Assembly: GCA_043810695.1 (NCBI GenBank)
Contig: JBDRNV010000009.1
Coordinates: 3,675 to 67,674 of the forward strand
Direction: 5' to 3'
Length of the DNA: 64,000 nt
From: Nanobdellota archaeon
GTDB lineage: Archaea > Nanobdellota > Nanobdellia > Pacearchaeales > GW2011-AR1
In this document: positions 46,007-54,934 of the stretch, one piece after another
Position numbering within the stretch: the stretch's first letter is position 1
Layout: each line of letters starts with the position of its first letter
Notes under the pieces: generated by a model
Seen by the model: the letters and a program-made list of their open reading frames with translations, nothing else
What the model was told of the DNA's origin: nothing
Database searches by the model: none
Made by a program: the position numbers and the translations under genes

Positions 46007-47143
46007 ATGAAAAAGGAAGAAATGTTTCTAAAGATAAAGAAAATTGGCAAAAATAGACTTTATTTATATATACCAAAAAAAAATCAAAATAAAATTAAAT
46101 TTGATTTTAAAGATGTAATTAAACTAAAAATAACAAAAGGAAATATCAACATAGAAACTATTTCGAAATACAACTATTTAATTAGCATAAAAAAAGAAAT
46201 TGTAAAAAAACTTTTTATAAAAGAAGGTGATATTCTTAGGGTTAGTTTAGAAAAGATTAATGTTAAAACTAGATCTGATAAAATAATTTATACAGGAAAA
46301 TTAGATATTCTTGCCTTTGTGCCAGAAGAGACTATCAAAGGAAGTAAAATTGTTATAGAAGAATTTTTTAAAGATAAAACTCCTTATCTAAGATTATGTT
46401 CTTTTCATTCACGGGGGTCGAGTTTTAATATAGAAGTTAAAAGATTTGTAGATTTAAATATTTTTGGTAAACTCTTGGGGCAAATTCAGGCCGAAGGTTC
46501 TAAAACTCATTTTGATAATTTAGAATTCTGCAATAAATCTTTAACAGAATTAAAAGATTTTTTAGATTTTATTTATTATCTTGGAATAAATCAGGAAAGG
46601 ATTTTCGTAAAAGCAGATTATCATCCACAAATAAAGAATATAAAAGATGAAATAAAAAAATTTGAAAATTTTATTGGATTAAAGGTTAATTATCTATCTC
46701 CCAATGATAAAGGGGGTGTTGGTTTTGGTTTTAAAATTATAGTAAGAAGCACTATTTTTTCCCAAACTATCTTAAATGCTCTAGCAAAACTACGCCCAAT
46801 TATAGAGAGTAAAGATCTTAGATTTAAAGAATTAAGTGATGGTTATTTAGCTAAGTTACTTAATGGTGATGGAAATTTTGAAATTACATCTAAAAAAAGA
46901 AAAACTATTCAATCAAGATTAAAAATAACAGATGGTAATTTAGATTACCTTAATCATTATAAAAGGGTTTTAGAAAAATATGGATTTCACCCCCATATTA
47001 ATGAGAAATACAATATTGTAAGGGCTTTATGTAACTTAGATCTGGCAAAAAATCTTACGGGAATTGGGGCGTTTGAAAATAACCCAAATATGGAAAGAGT
47101 TCTCTTTTTTATTAATTCGTTAGAAGGAAGAACTTCTAAGTAA
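46007..47143 (+). CDS. free-standing LAGLIDADG-type homing-endonuclease-like protein with an N-terminal AbrB/SpoVT-like domain
   Basis: Two LAGLIDADG-like motifs: FGKLLGQIQAEGS and GYLAKLLNGDGNF. The N-terminus has IKKEIVKKLFIKEGDILRV, matching the looped-hinge-helix pattern. Confidence 0.65.
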   Translation: MKKEEMFLKIKKIGKNRLYLYIPKKNQNKIKFDFKDVIKLKITKGNINIETISKYNYLISIKKEIVKKLFIKEGDILRVSLEKINVKTRSDKIIYTGKLDILAFVPEETIKGSKIVIEEFFKDKTPYLRLCSFHSRGSSFNIEVKRFVDLNIFGKLLGQIQAEGSKTHFDNLEFCNKSLTELKDFLDFIYYLGINQERIFVKADYHPQIKNIKDEIKKFENFIGLKVNYLSPNDKGGVGFGFKIIVRSTIFSQTILNALAKLRPIIESKDLRFKELSDGYLAKLLNGDGNFEITSKKRKTIQSRLKITDGNLDYLNHYKRVLEKYGFHPHINEKYNIVRALCNLDLAKNLTGIGAFENNPNMERVLFFINSLEGRTSK

Positions 47144-47177
47144 AAGGGCTCTTTTGGATTAAATTAAAATAATAAAT

Positions 47178-47465
47178 CTACCCAAAGAGAGCCGAGAGAC
47201 CTTCTGCAGCAGCTGCTTTTTTTTCTTCTTTTGGTTTTTCTTCTTTGTGTTCTTCTTTATGCTTTTCTCCTGCACTAGGAGCTGCTACTAAGCTGGCACT
47301 TTCTAATTCCTTTGCTATATCAACACCTTTCAAACTGGCAACAAGAGACTTGATTTTTGATTCATCTGCATGCGAACCAGCAGCTGTTATAACTTTCTTC
47401 AAGTTTTCTTCATCAATTTTCTTTCCCAGTTTGTGCAGTAAAAGCGCTGCATACATATATTCCAT
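47178..47465 (-). CDS. rpl12: ribosomal stalk protein P1 (aP1/L12e)
   Basis: MEYMYAALLLHKLGKKIDEENLKKV, an Ala/Lys/Glu hinge and the conserved tail EGLSALFG. Confidence 0.92.
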   Translation of the reverse strand: MEYMYAALLLHKLGKKIDEENLKKVITAAGSHADESKIKSLVASLKGVDIAKELESASLVAAPSAGEKHKEEHKEEKPKEEKKAAAAEGLSALFG

Positions 47466-47501
47466 TTTTTTCCTCCCTGTAAATTTTAGTTGATAATAAA
47501 A

Positions 47502-48356
47502 TCATTTTATAATTTCTCCTGCATTTTCCTGAACATTATCACTTTTATTCTCGTTTTTGTTAATAAAGCCCTCTAAAACTTTTTCGTAAACTCCTGCTTT
47601 ATTAATTAGTAGTTTTATTGTATCTGATGTAACATATCCAATATTGACTGCAAATGGAAGAGCTTTTGCGAATAAATTTTTTATTTCTTTTATTGTTTCC
47701 TCTCTGTCAATTTTTATATCAACATAAATTTTTCCTTCTTTTGTATCAAATATAGCAATAGGTATAAATCCTATTGAAAATGGCTTAATATCCAGCTTAT
47801 TCATAACATCTGAAGCAGATTGAGATATTTTTTCTCCTTTTTTTACAATTACTTTATTTTCCTTAATATGAATTTTACCTTTTTCTATTTGAATTTGAAT
47901 TCCAAGCGCTCCAAGTTCGCTTATTGCAGGTCCTGGAATAAGATCTGTTGGTCCTGCATGAACTTCAATATCTTCTGGAGCTTCTTGTCCTGTTTTTGCT
48001 TTTGTAAGTATTTTTTTGCCTACAAGTTCTGCAGCAAGTTCAAAAGAATCTATATCTGAAAAAAGCACAGCGTAATTTTCATTTATTTTCTCTTTAAGTT
48101 TTTTTATCTTTTCATTTCCAGATGAATCCAGAGCTCTAAAAATTATATTTTTTTTCGGAACTTTAACTACCGCCCTACCTCTTAATTTTTTTACAAGTTC
48201 CTGATATTGTGAAGCAGGAATATCTTTTATTGAGGCTAAAAGTATTGTTTTCTTATTTTTTATAAGTTCTGTAAGTTCTGAGACTGTTCTTACTTTTCCT
48301 TCAGATACATGCCTTGTTTTTTCCTTTGATATGCTTTTTATTTTTTTAGTTGTCAT
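47502..48356 (-). CDS. rplP0: ribosomal stalk protein uL10 (P0), short form
   Basis: SEGKVRTVSELTELIKNKKTILLASIKDIPASQYQELVKKLRG. It is 284 aa and ends ...QENAGEIIK, without the acidic LFG tail carried by P1. Confidence 0.85.
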   Translation of the reverse strand: MTTKKIKSISKEKTRHVSEGKVRTVSELTELIKNKKTILLASIKDIPASQYQELVKKLRGRAVVKVPKKNIIFRALDSSGNEKIKKLKEKINENYAVLFSDIDSFELAAELVGKKILTKAKTGQEAPEDIEVHAGPTDLIPGPAISELGALGIQIQIEKGKIHIKENKVIVKKGEKISQSASDVMNKLDIKPFSIGFIPIAIFDTKEGKIYVDIKIDREETIKEIKNLFAKALPFAVNIGYVTSDTIKLLINKAGVYEKVLEGFINKNENKSDNVQENAGEIIK

Positions 48357-48982
48357 TTTAATATTATTTTCTGTGGTTTAGTCATTGTAAATTTAAGTTC
48401 AATGTTTTTTATGTTATCTTTTTCTTTTGGGACAGCTTTTAATATAGAATTGTAAACAGTGAGAATATTCTCAATAATTTCTTCATCTTTCATATTTTGT
48501 TTTCCTATAGCAAGTTTTATGCTTGATTCTTTTATTCTTATTCTTATGCTATTGTTTATTTTTTTCTTTATTTCGTTTATTTCTTTTTCATTTACATCAG
48601 AAAGAATTCCAAGCTGAGGAGAAGGCATTTTTCCTGCAGGTCCTAAAACTCTTCCAAAAGTTGTTGCAACTTTGGGCATGAGACTGGCCTGTCCAACAAA
48701 AAAATCAAAATTTTTTACAAGTTTTTTCAAAGCTTTTTTATCAGAATATTTCTTAAATTGTTCAGGAGTTATTGTTTCAAGTCCTTTATTTTGAGTTTCA
48801 AGAAAGGCACAAATCTTTTTTTCTTTGATTTTAAATGGAACATTGACAAAAATATTTATCTGATTTTTTTTCGCGTCGAATTTTTGCAGATTTATAATTA
48901 AATCAACTGTTTGATTGAATTTTCTTTCTTCATTTTTTCTTAATTCAATTAATGCTTTCTCTAATTCTTTTTTCAGTTCCAT
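48353..48982 (-). CDS. rpl1: ribosomal protein uL1
   Basis: FNQTVDLIINL, LGPAGKMPSPQLG. I prefer the start at 48982 (MELKKE), which is preceded by AGGAGG plus an 8-nt spacer. The track start at 49057 would add 25 non-conserved residues. Confidence 0.9.
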   Translation of the reverse strand: MELKKELEKALIELRKNEERKFNQTVDLIINLQKFDAKKNQINIFVNVPFKIKEKKICAFLETQNKGLETITPEQFKKYSDKKALKKLVKNFDFFVGQASLMPKVATTFGRVLGPAGKMPSPQLGILSDVNEKEINEIKKKINNSIRIRIKESSIKLAIGKQNMKDEEIIENILTVYNSILKAVPKEKDNIKNIELKFTMTKPQKIILK

Positions 48983-48995
48983 AGTAAAAACCTCC

Positions 48996-49018
48996 TGCGG
49001 GTTTTTACGAATCCCGCA
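48996..49018 (-). promoter_or_regulatory. GC-rich hairpin abutting the rpl1 Shine-Dalgarno (candidate L1 autoregulatory or structural element)
   Basis: The mRNA-sense sequence UGCGGG-AUUCGUAAAAA-CCCGCA sits directly 5' of GGAGG. This is unusual GC content for this AT-rich genome. Confidence 0.3.
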
Positions 49019-49164
49019 TCCATTAATATTACCTTCCACTTTATGCGCCAATGCCATAGAAAATATACATCAACGATGTGGTTTAACGGTATTTTTTCCA
49101 AACGAAACAGGTTTATAAATCTTATCACAACAATACTTATAAACAAAAATAAATAGTTTTTCTA

Positions 49165-49515
49165 ATGGAACTTCTTGCATTGCTTTCTACAGGAAAAGGA
49201 ACCTGGGGACAGGTCTCAGGACTTATAAAACATGGTGAATGGGATAAAATCATTATTCTAGGAAATGATTTTGCAAAAAAATTCACAGCAGAAAAGCCTT
49301 TTGATTTTATTGAAGTTGATACAAATAAAAGACTTATCGAGTTAAAAGAAGAATTCTCAAAGAAACTTCGCGGAAAAATATCAGGAACAGAAGTGGCTTT
49401 GAGCATTGCATCTGGTGATGGAAAAGAACATATGGCTCTTATTTCAGCTCTATTAAATCTGCCTGTCGGAATAAGATTTGCTGCTTTAACTAGCGAGGGT
49501 GTTATTGATTTGTAA
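49165..49515 (+). CDS. hypothetical small protein (116 aa), Rossmann-like pattern
   Basis: Alternating beta/alpha pattern (ELLALLSTGKGTW, DKIIILGND, SIASGDGKEHMALISALL). The antisense 89-aa ORF is Ser/Phe-rich and rejected. Confidence 0.5.
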   Translation: MELLALLSTGKGTWGQVSGLIKHGEWDKIIILGNDFAKKFTAEKPFDFIEVDTNKRLIELKEEFSKKLRGKISGTEVALSIASGDGKEHMALISALLNLPVGIRFAALTSEGVIDL

Positions 49516-49521
49516 TTTTTC

Positions 49522-50946
49522 TTATCTTAAAAAAGAAATTCCCCATAAAATCATAATAATCAACAAAATTAATAAGAAGAACATTGTTGCAAATTTAAAT
49601 GCTTTTTTGGCTATTTTTTCGCTTTTTGTCAAGCCTAAAACTGTTAAATAAAAGAATCGTCCTCCGTCAAAAATACCAACAGGCAGCATATTAATCAGAG
49701 CCACGCTTATACTTATAATAACAATCCACCAGATTAAGTTGTAGATAAAGACACTTACTTCACCAAATTTAGGTTTGTAATAAATACTTGATTCTCTAAA
49801 TGAAATACTATCAATTATTTTAGCCAAGAAACCACTTCTTTGTTGAGATAAAAATGCAATACCAAGCCAGGCAGCTCCTTCTCTATCTGGATGTTCTTCA
49901 AGAATCAGAGTAGTTTCAGTAAAACTCTCTCCTGTTAGTGTTTTTATATTTATCTCATCTCCAGGAGAATACTTTGAAAGTTCTTCAACTAATTTTTCAA
50001 GACTAGTTATTTCTACATCATTAATTCCAACTATAATACTGCTAAGATTTTCTTTAATGGCTGGCGCAGAATAATATACAAAAATACTTTCATTTCCTTT
50101 TTGTTTTTCAAGTATTTCTTTTGTAATAAGATAACTTCTGCCTTCAAATTTTAATTCATTAAAACCAGTTTCATCTGCAAGATTTAAAATCTGTGAATAA
50201 GATGGATTATTCAAAGTTATGTTGTTGATTGCAGAAATACCAGCAACTGTTATTGAAAAATCTACATATTTATCAAAAATAACTCCAGCAGGGCTAAATG
50301 CTAAGGAAGAGAAAATTATTAAAATTATAAAAAATAAAATAGTTGTTAATACATTCGCAAACGTTCCCGCTGAAAGAATTGTCATCTGAGAAATTTTCTT
50401 TCTTTTCTGCATCATCTTTTCATCAGGTTCTACAAAAGCTGCAAGAAATATAGGGAAAAAATAAGGAAAAAATCCAAATCCAGTTGTCTTTATCTTTATC
50501 TTGTCATATGCTGCAAAAATTCCATGAGCCATTTCATGAGTTATTGCTATAATTGCAATAATGATTATCCAGTATGTAAAATAAAAAGGAGGCAAAAATT
50601 CAAGTTTAAAAACCTGCGGGAGATAAGGAACAAGCGGAAGTATTGGAGGAATTTTAATAGCTTTGACAACCTCTGGATTGAAAACATAAATTTTTACAAG
50701 AGTATAAACAAGATAAAACATACCAACCATAAGAATATAACCCGATGCAATAGAAAGATAACTCAAAATCTTTAATGTTTTTTTATACTTTTTCCCAATA
50801 GAATTAATCAACTTTATTCCCCATTTTGTTTTATAAAGATAAAGAAGCCCTTCTTTTTTCAGATTCTTTTTTCTTGTATAAAGAAAGATTGAAACTACTG
50901 CTAAGAATAATACTAAAAATATTATATCATATGTAATAAAACTCAT
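49522..50946 (-). CDS. site-2 protease (M50 family) with an internal PDZ-like domain
   Basis: HEMAHGIFA (HExxH) in a TM segment and NMLPVGIFDGGRFF (NxxPxxxxDG). A soluble insert lies between them. Confidence 0.85.
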   Translation of the reverse strand: MSFITYDIIFLVLFLAVVSIFLYTRKKNLKKEGLLYLYKTKWGIKLINSIGKKYKKTLKILSYLSIASGYILMVGMFYLVYTLVKIYVFNPEVVKAIKIPPILPLVPYLPQVFKLEFLPPFYFTYWIIIIAIIAITHEMAHGIFAAYDKIKIKTTGFGFFPYFFPIFLAAFVEPDEKMMQKRKKISQMTILSAGTFANVLTTILFFIILIIFSSLAFSPAGVIFDKYVDFSITVAGISAINNITLNNPSYSQILNLADETGFNELKFEGRSYLITKEILEKQKGNESIFVYYSAPAIKENLSSIIVGINDVEITSLEKLVEELSKYSPGDEINIKTLTGESFTETTLILEEHPDREGAAWLGIAFLSQQRSGFLAKIIDSISFRESSIYYKPKFGEVSVFIYNLIWWIVIISISVALINMLPVGIFDGGRFFYLTVLGLTKSEKIAKKAFKFATMFFLLILLIIMILWGISFLR

Positions 50947-50990
50947 TGTTTCTTTTTTTTAATAGTGTTTTAAAGATAACCTCTTTATTT

Positions 50991-51152
50991 TTATTTCTTT
51001 CTAATTGGACGAAACGCTTTTTTCTTACATTTTCTGCATTTAACTCTTCCTTTTAGAATCTTTTGAGCATCTGCTCTTATTTTTGTCTGGCAACTTTTAC
51101 ATACAAAAATATTTTTGAAAAGTCGATTTTGTGCTTCTAGTATTTTAACCAT
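50991..51152 (-). CDS. rpl40e: ribosomal protein eL40 (53 aa, below the ORF-track cut-off)
   Basis: Hand translation: MVKILEAQNRLFKNIFVCKSCQTKIRADAQKILKGRVKCRKCKKKAFRPIRKK. It has a CxxC...CxxC zinc ribbon and the L40e-like N-terminus. Confidence 0.8.
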   Translation of the reverse strand: MVKILEAQNRLFKNIFVCKSCQTKIRADAQKILKGRVKCRKCKKKAFRPIRKK

Positions 51153-51167
51153 TTTAATTATAATTTT

Positions 51168-51554
51168 TTAGAGTTTTCTTTTAATTATTTTTTTTCCTTC
51201 AATATCCCAGTATTCAACATTTGATGATTCTGTAATTTCTTCTCTTATTTCTTCAGGACAATCTATTTCCATTGTTTCAAAACTTTCAAGATCCATTATG
51301 CTGAATTTATTCCCAATTGAAAGAACCTGCCCTTTTCTTTTATCGACAAGTGGAACCTCAAATCTTTCATGTCCTGGAATGACAATAATCTTTTTCTGAT
51401 TGCTGATTATCCCGGACGCTTCTATTCTGCACTTGCTCGAGCCGTGTTTTCCTGTTTTGCTTATATCAATTTTTTTAACAGTGTAAGGTTCACCATCTAT
51501 TATTATATTTGTTCCTGGCTTCGCCTCTGTACCATTAATTATTTTTAAAACCAT
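51168..51554 (-). CDS. eif5a: translation initiation factor 5A (aIF5A)
   Basis: ISKTGKHGSSKCRIEA (hypusine-site loop KTGKHG) and an OB-fold C-terminus. Confidence 0.9.
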   Translation of the reverse strand: MVLKIINGTEAKPGTNIIIDGEPYTVKKIDISKTGKHGSSKCRIEASGIISNQKKIIVIPGHERFEVPLVDKRKGQVLSIGNKFSIMDLESFETMEIDCPEEIREEITESSNVEYWDIEGKKIIKRKL

Positions 51555-51614
51555 TAATGAAAAAAGTAAAAATATCTTTAAAAAGGTTTAGTTAATATTG
51601 CTTTCTAACAAATA

Positions 51615-51621
51615 TTTAAAA
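51615..51621 (+). promoter_or_regulatory. TATA-like box (tttaaaa) about 26 nt upstream of the 51644 ATG
   Basis: Spacing is consistent with a leaderless transcript. Confidence 0.35.
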
Positions 51622-51643
51622 ACATCTTATTAATTTCTTTTTA

Positions 51644-52315
51644 ATGAATATTGAAAAAGGCGATTTTATTGAAATTGATTTTACGGGAAAAGTAAAAGAT
51701 GGAGAAGTTTTTGACTCTACATTAAAGGAAGAGTTAAAAAAAATTCATCACGGGCATGATCATTCCATTAAACCAAAGCCATTTGTATTTTGTTTAGGAC
51801 AGAACATGTTTCTTAAATCACTTGAGGAATTTCTTATTGGAAAAGAAATAGAAAAGAAATATGAAATTGAATTAGAACCAGAAAATGCTTTTGGAAAAAG
51901 AATGCCTTCTTTGATTCAGAAAATTCCAATAAAAATCTTTAAAGAACAAAAGATAAATCCAATTCCAGGGGTTACATTAAACTTTGATGGAAAAGTCGGA
52001 AAAATACTTACTGTCTCTGGCGGAAGAGTTATGGTTGATTTTAATTCCCCTCTTGCAGGAAAAATAGTAGTTTATAACATAAAAATTCTAAGAAAAATAA
52101 CAGATTTAAATGAAAAAATAAAAGCTCTTAATGACTTTTTCTTTGGAAAAGATTTTAAATTTGAAATAAAGGATAAAACTCTTATTTTTAAAGTTGAAAA
52201 AGCTCTAACAAAATTTGTTGAATTATTTAAAGATAAATTCAAAGAAATTCTGAATTTAGACATAGAAATAAAAGAAATTAAAGAGACTGAACAAGAAGAT
52301 AAAAAAACACAATAA
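51644..52315 (+). CDS. FKBP-type peptidyl-prolyl isomerase (SlyD-like, with insert-in-flap domain)
   Basis: GDFIEIDFTGKVKDGEVFDST and DFNSPLAGKIVVYNIKIL. Confidence 0.85.
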   Translation: MNIEKGDFIEIDFTGKVKDGEVFDSTLKEELKKIHHGHDHSIKPKPFVFCLGQNMFLKSLEEFLIGKEIEKKYEIELEPENAFGKRMPSLIQKIPIKIFKEQKINPIPGVTLNFDGKVGKILTVSGGRVMVDFNSPLAGKIVVYNIKILRKITDLNEKIKALNDFFFGKDFKFEIKDKTLIFKVEKALTKFVELFKDKFKEILNLDIEIKEIKETEQEDKKTQ

Positions 52316-52346
52316 TACTTATAAATGTATATAATTTATTTTAATT

Positions 52347-53429
52347 ATGGATGAAATTTATGGTGATGTTTCTTCTGATGTAAAAGAGATTGATAAAGAA
52401 CTAGCAGAACTTCTAAAAAAACAATCAACTAAAATAAAAGTCGTTGGTGTTGGTGGCGGTGGAGGAAATTCGTTAAGCCGAATGAGAGAAATTGGAATTA
52501 AAGGAGGGGAGCTTATTGCAGCCAACACCGATGCGCAAGATCTTTTATACACAAATGCTGATCAAAAGATTCTCATAGGCCGTGAACTTACCCAGGGGCT
52601 TGGAGCAGGAAGCAATCCAAAAGTAGGGGAAGAAGCAGCTAAAGAATCAGAGTCAGAAATAAAGAAAAAGCTTTCTGGCAGTGATATGATTTTTATCACC
52701 TGTGGTTTAGGTGGAGGAACAGGAACAGGCGCTGCGCCGATAATTGCAGGACTTGCAAAAAAACAAGGCGCACTTACAATAGGGGTTGTTACACTTCCTT
52801 TTACAATAGAAGGTAAAAAAAGACTTGAAAATGCAATGAATGGTTTAGAAAAAATGGAATCTGTTGTTGATACATTAATAGTCATCCCAAACGACAAACT
52901 TCTTGAGCTTGCACCAGAACTTCCTTTGCATACAGCATTCAAGATTGCAGATGAAATTTTGACAAATGCAGTTAAAGGAATAACAGAGCTTGTTACTACA
53001 ACAGGGCTTGTAAATCTGGATTTTGCAGATATAAGAGCTGTAATGGCAAACGGGGGTGTTTCTTTGATAGGAATGGGTGAATCAGATAGCACAAATCGTG
53101 CAATAGAGGCTGTTGAAAAATCAATTAATAACCCTCTTTTAGATGTTGATATATCTAATGCTTCTGGAGCTCTTGCAAACATAATAGGAGGTCCTGACAT
53201 GAGTCTTGACGAATGCAAATCAATAATAGAAGTTATAGGAAATAGATTAAGTCCTGACGCAAAATTAATATGGGGTGCACAGATTTCTGCAGATATGGAC
53301 AAATCAATAAGAGTTCTTCTTATTGTAACAGGCGTGAAAAGCTCTCAGATTCTTGGGCATGGAGAAACCATTGAAAGCATAAAACATCGTGAAATTGAGG
53401 AAGAGCTTGGAATAGAATTTATTGAATAA
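52347..53429 (+). CDS. ftsZ: cell division GTPase FtsZ
   Basis: GVGGGGGNSLSRM, the tubulin signature GLGGGTGTGAAP, and NLDFADIRAVM. Confidence 0.97.
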   Translation: MDEIYGDVSSDVKEIDKELAELLKKQSTKIKVVGVGGGGGNSLSRMREIGIKGGELIAANTDAQDLLYTNADQKILIGRELTQGLGAGSNPKVGEEAAKESESEIKKKLSGSDMIFITCGLGGGTGTGAAPIIAGLAKKQGALTIGVVTLPFTIEGKKRLENAMNGLEKMESVVDTLIVIPNDKLLELAPELPLHTAFKIADEILTNAVKGITELVTTTGLVNLDFADIRAVMANGGVSLIGMGESDSTNRAIEAVEKSINNPLLDVDISNASGALANIIGGPDMSLDECKSIIEVIGNRLSPDAKLIWGAQISADMDKSIRVLLIVTGVKSSQILGHGETIESIKHREIEEELGIEFIE

Positions 53430-53461
53430 TTTTAAAAACTCTCTGTTTCTTTAATTTTATA

Positions 53462-53650
53462 ATGGAAGAAAAAGTCAGTAATAAAAACAAACTGAAAACA
53501 TTTATAGAAAAATCGAGAAGAGTATGGCTTATATTAAAAAAACCAACAAGAAAAGAATTTGAGATGGTTGCAAAAATATCAGCTTTGGGAATTTTAATAA
53601 TTGGAGTGGTTGGTTTTTTAATCTCAATAATAATACAGGCTTTTATCTGA
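53462..53650 (+). CDS. secE: preprotein translocase subunit SecE (Sec61 gamma)
   Basis: 62 aa with a basic N-terminus (RRVWLILKKPTRKEF) and a single C-terminal TM. Sits in the conserved position before spt5. Confidence 0.8.
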   Translation: MEEKVSNKNKLKTFIEKSRRVWLILKKPTRKEFEMVAKISALGILIIGVVGFLISIIIQAFI

Positions 53651-53744
53651 TTTATAATAATACTAATAAAACAAACTTTTATAAACCTAAAACCGTAAAT
53701 ATTTTTACTGCTTCTTAAAAAGTTAGGAAGTAGACGGAGCTAAA

Positions 53745-54197
53745 ATGATTTTTATAATAAAAGTAACTACAAACAAAGAAGAGAGAGCAGTTGATATAAT
53801 CTCTGAAAGAGCTGAAAAAAAAGGAATTAATATCTCTGCTGTTTTAAGGCCTCATGGTTTAAGAGGATATATTCTTGTAGAATCAGAAGATAGAGAAAGT
53901 GCAGAAGAAGCTGTTTTTAATCTGCCTTATGTTAAAGGAATAATTGGAAAAACCATAGGATATGATGAAATAAAAAATATGGTAGAACCCTCTATAACAA
54001 CTATCTCCATAAAAGAAGGAGATATTGTTGAAATAATTGGTTCAACATTAAAGGGTGAAAAAGCAAAAGTTTTAAGAATAGATAAACAAAAAGAAGAAGT
54101 TGTAGTAGGTTTGCTTGGAGCTGTTGTTCAGTTGCCAGTAACAATTAAAGTTGATAATGTTAAAGTAATAAGAAGGGAAGAAGAAAATGAAAATTAA
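53745..54197 (+). CDS. spt5: transcription elongation factor Spt5 (NusG)
   Basis: NGN domain (IFIIKVTTNKEERAV...GYILVE) and KOW (GDIVEIIGSTLKGEKAKVLRID). Confidence 0.9.
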   Translation: MIFIIKVTTNKEERAVDIISERAEKKGINISAVLRPHGLRGYILVESEDRESAEEAVFNLPYVKGIIGKTIGYDEIKNMVEPSITTISIKEGDIVEIIGSTLKGEKAKVLRIDKQKEEVVVGLLGAVVQLPVTIKVDNVKVIRREEENEN

Positions 54198-54205
54198 ATA
54201 TGAAA

Positions 54206-54233
54206 TCGTCCAAGCGTGGCCGATTTAAAGAAA
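54206..54233. repeat. 28-nt element, copy A (tcgtccaagcgtggccgatttaaagaaa), between the spt5 stop and the rpl11 ATG
   Basis: Matches copy B at 24 of 28 positions. Contains the small hairpin CCA-agcg-TGG. Confidence 0.6.
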
Positions 54234-54932
54234 ATGCAGATTAAATTATTGGTAGAAGGAGGAGAAATGAAACCAGGGCCTGTTCTTAGTCAGAAACTTG
54301 GACCTCTTGGTATACCTTTAAACGAAGTTATCCAAAAAATTAATGACGCAACAAATAATTTCAAGGGAATGAAAGTTCCTATAGAAATTGAAGTTAATCC
54401 ATCAACAAAAACCTTTGATGTCAATGTTTTTTCTCCGCCAACTTCAGAACTATTAAAAAAAGAACTGGGTTTAGAAAAAGGTTCAGGACAGCAGAAAAAA
54501 ATCAAAGTTGCTAATATTTCTATAGAACAAATAATTTCTATTGCAAAAACAAAATCTCCAAATTTGTTAAGTAAAAATCTAAAAGCAGCTGTTAAAATTA
54601 TTTTAGGCAGTTGTGTAAGTCTTGGAATTCTTGTTGAAAATAAAAATCCTAAAGAAGTTGAAAAAGAAGTAGGTGAAGGAAAATATGATAACGAAATAAA
54701 CCAAGAAAAAACAAAAACTCCAGAAGAAAAGAAAAAAATACTTGACGAATTCTTTTCCAAAATAAAGGCAGAACAGGAAAGAATATTGAAGATTGAAGAG
54801 GAGGCTGCAAAGAGTGCTGAAGCTGCTGCTCCAGTAACTACAGCAACAACAGAAGGAAAAACAGGAGAGATAAAACCAGAAGAAGTAAAACCAGCAGAAA
54901 CAAAAGAGAAAAAGGCAAAGGAGAAAAAATAA
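54234..54932 (+). CDS. rpl11: ribosomal protein uL11 with a C-terminal extension of about 75 aa
   Basis: MQIKLLVEGGEMKPGPVLSQKLGPLGI and IILGSCVSLGILVE. The canonical end is near EGKYDNE, then a K/E/A/T-rich tail runs to 54932. I prefer the ATG at 54234 to the GTG at 54216. Confidence 0.9.
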   Translation: MQIKLLVEGGEMKPGPVLSQKLGPLGIPLNEVIQKINDATNNFKGMKVPIEIEVNPSTKTFDVNVFSPPTSELLKKELGLEKGSGQQKKIKVANISIEQIISIAKTKSPNLLSKNLKAAVKIILGSCVSLGILVENKNPKEVEKEVGEGKYDNEINQEKTKTPEEKKKILDEFFSKIKAEQERILKIEEEAAKSAEAAAPVTTATTEGKTGEIKPEEVKPAETKEKKAKEKK

Positions 54933-54934
54933 AC

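Noticed and set aside
45831-47143. Integrated virus or plasmid at tRNA-Thr
   Set aside because: tRNA-like fragments suggest integration scars. However, there is no integrase, no capsid or replication gene and no matching direct repeat on the far side within the window. It is kept as a hypothesis inside a finding, not as a mobile-element feature.
49137-49406. 89-aa minus-strand ORF
   Set aside because: Antisense to the more protein-like 116-aa plus-strand ORF. Its translation is Ser/Phe-rich.
52562-53302. 246-aa ORF on the minus strand
   Set aside because: Entirely antisense to ftsZ. The translation is Ser/Pro/Ala-rich low-complexity sequence, typical of the reverse frame of a Gly/Ala-rich gene, while ftsZ on the plus strand has unmistakable motifs.
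54290-54760. 156-aa minus-strand ORF
   Set aside because: Antisense to rpl11; no motifs.
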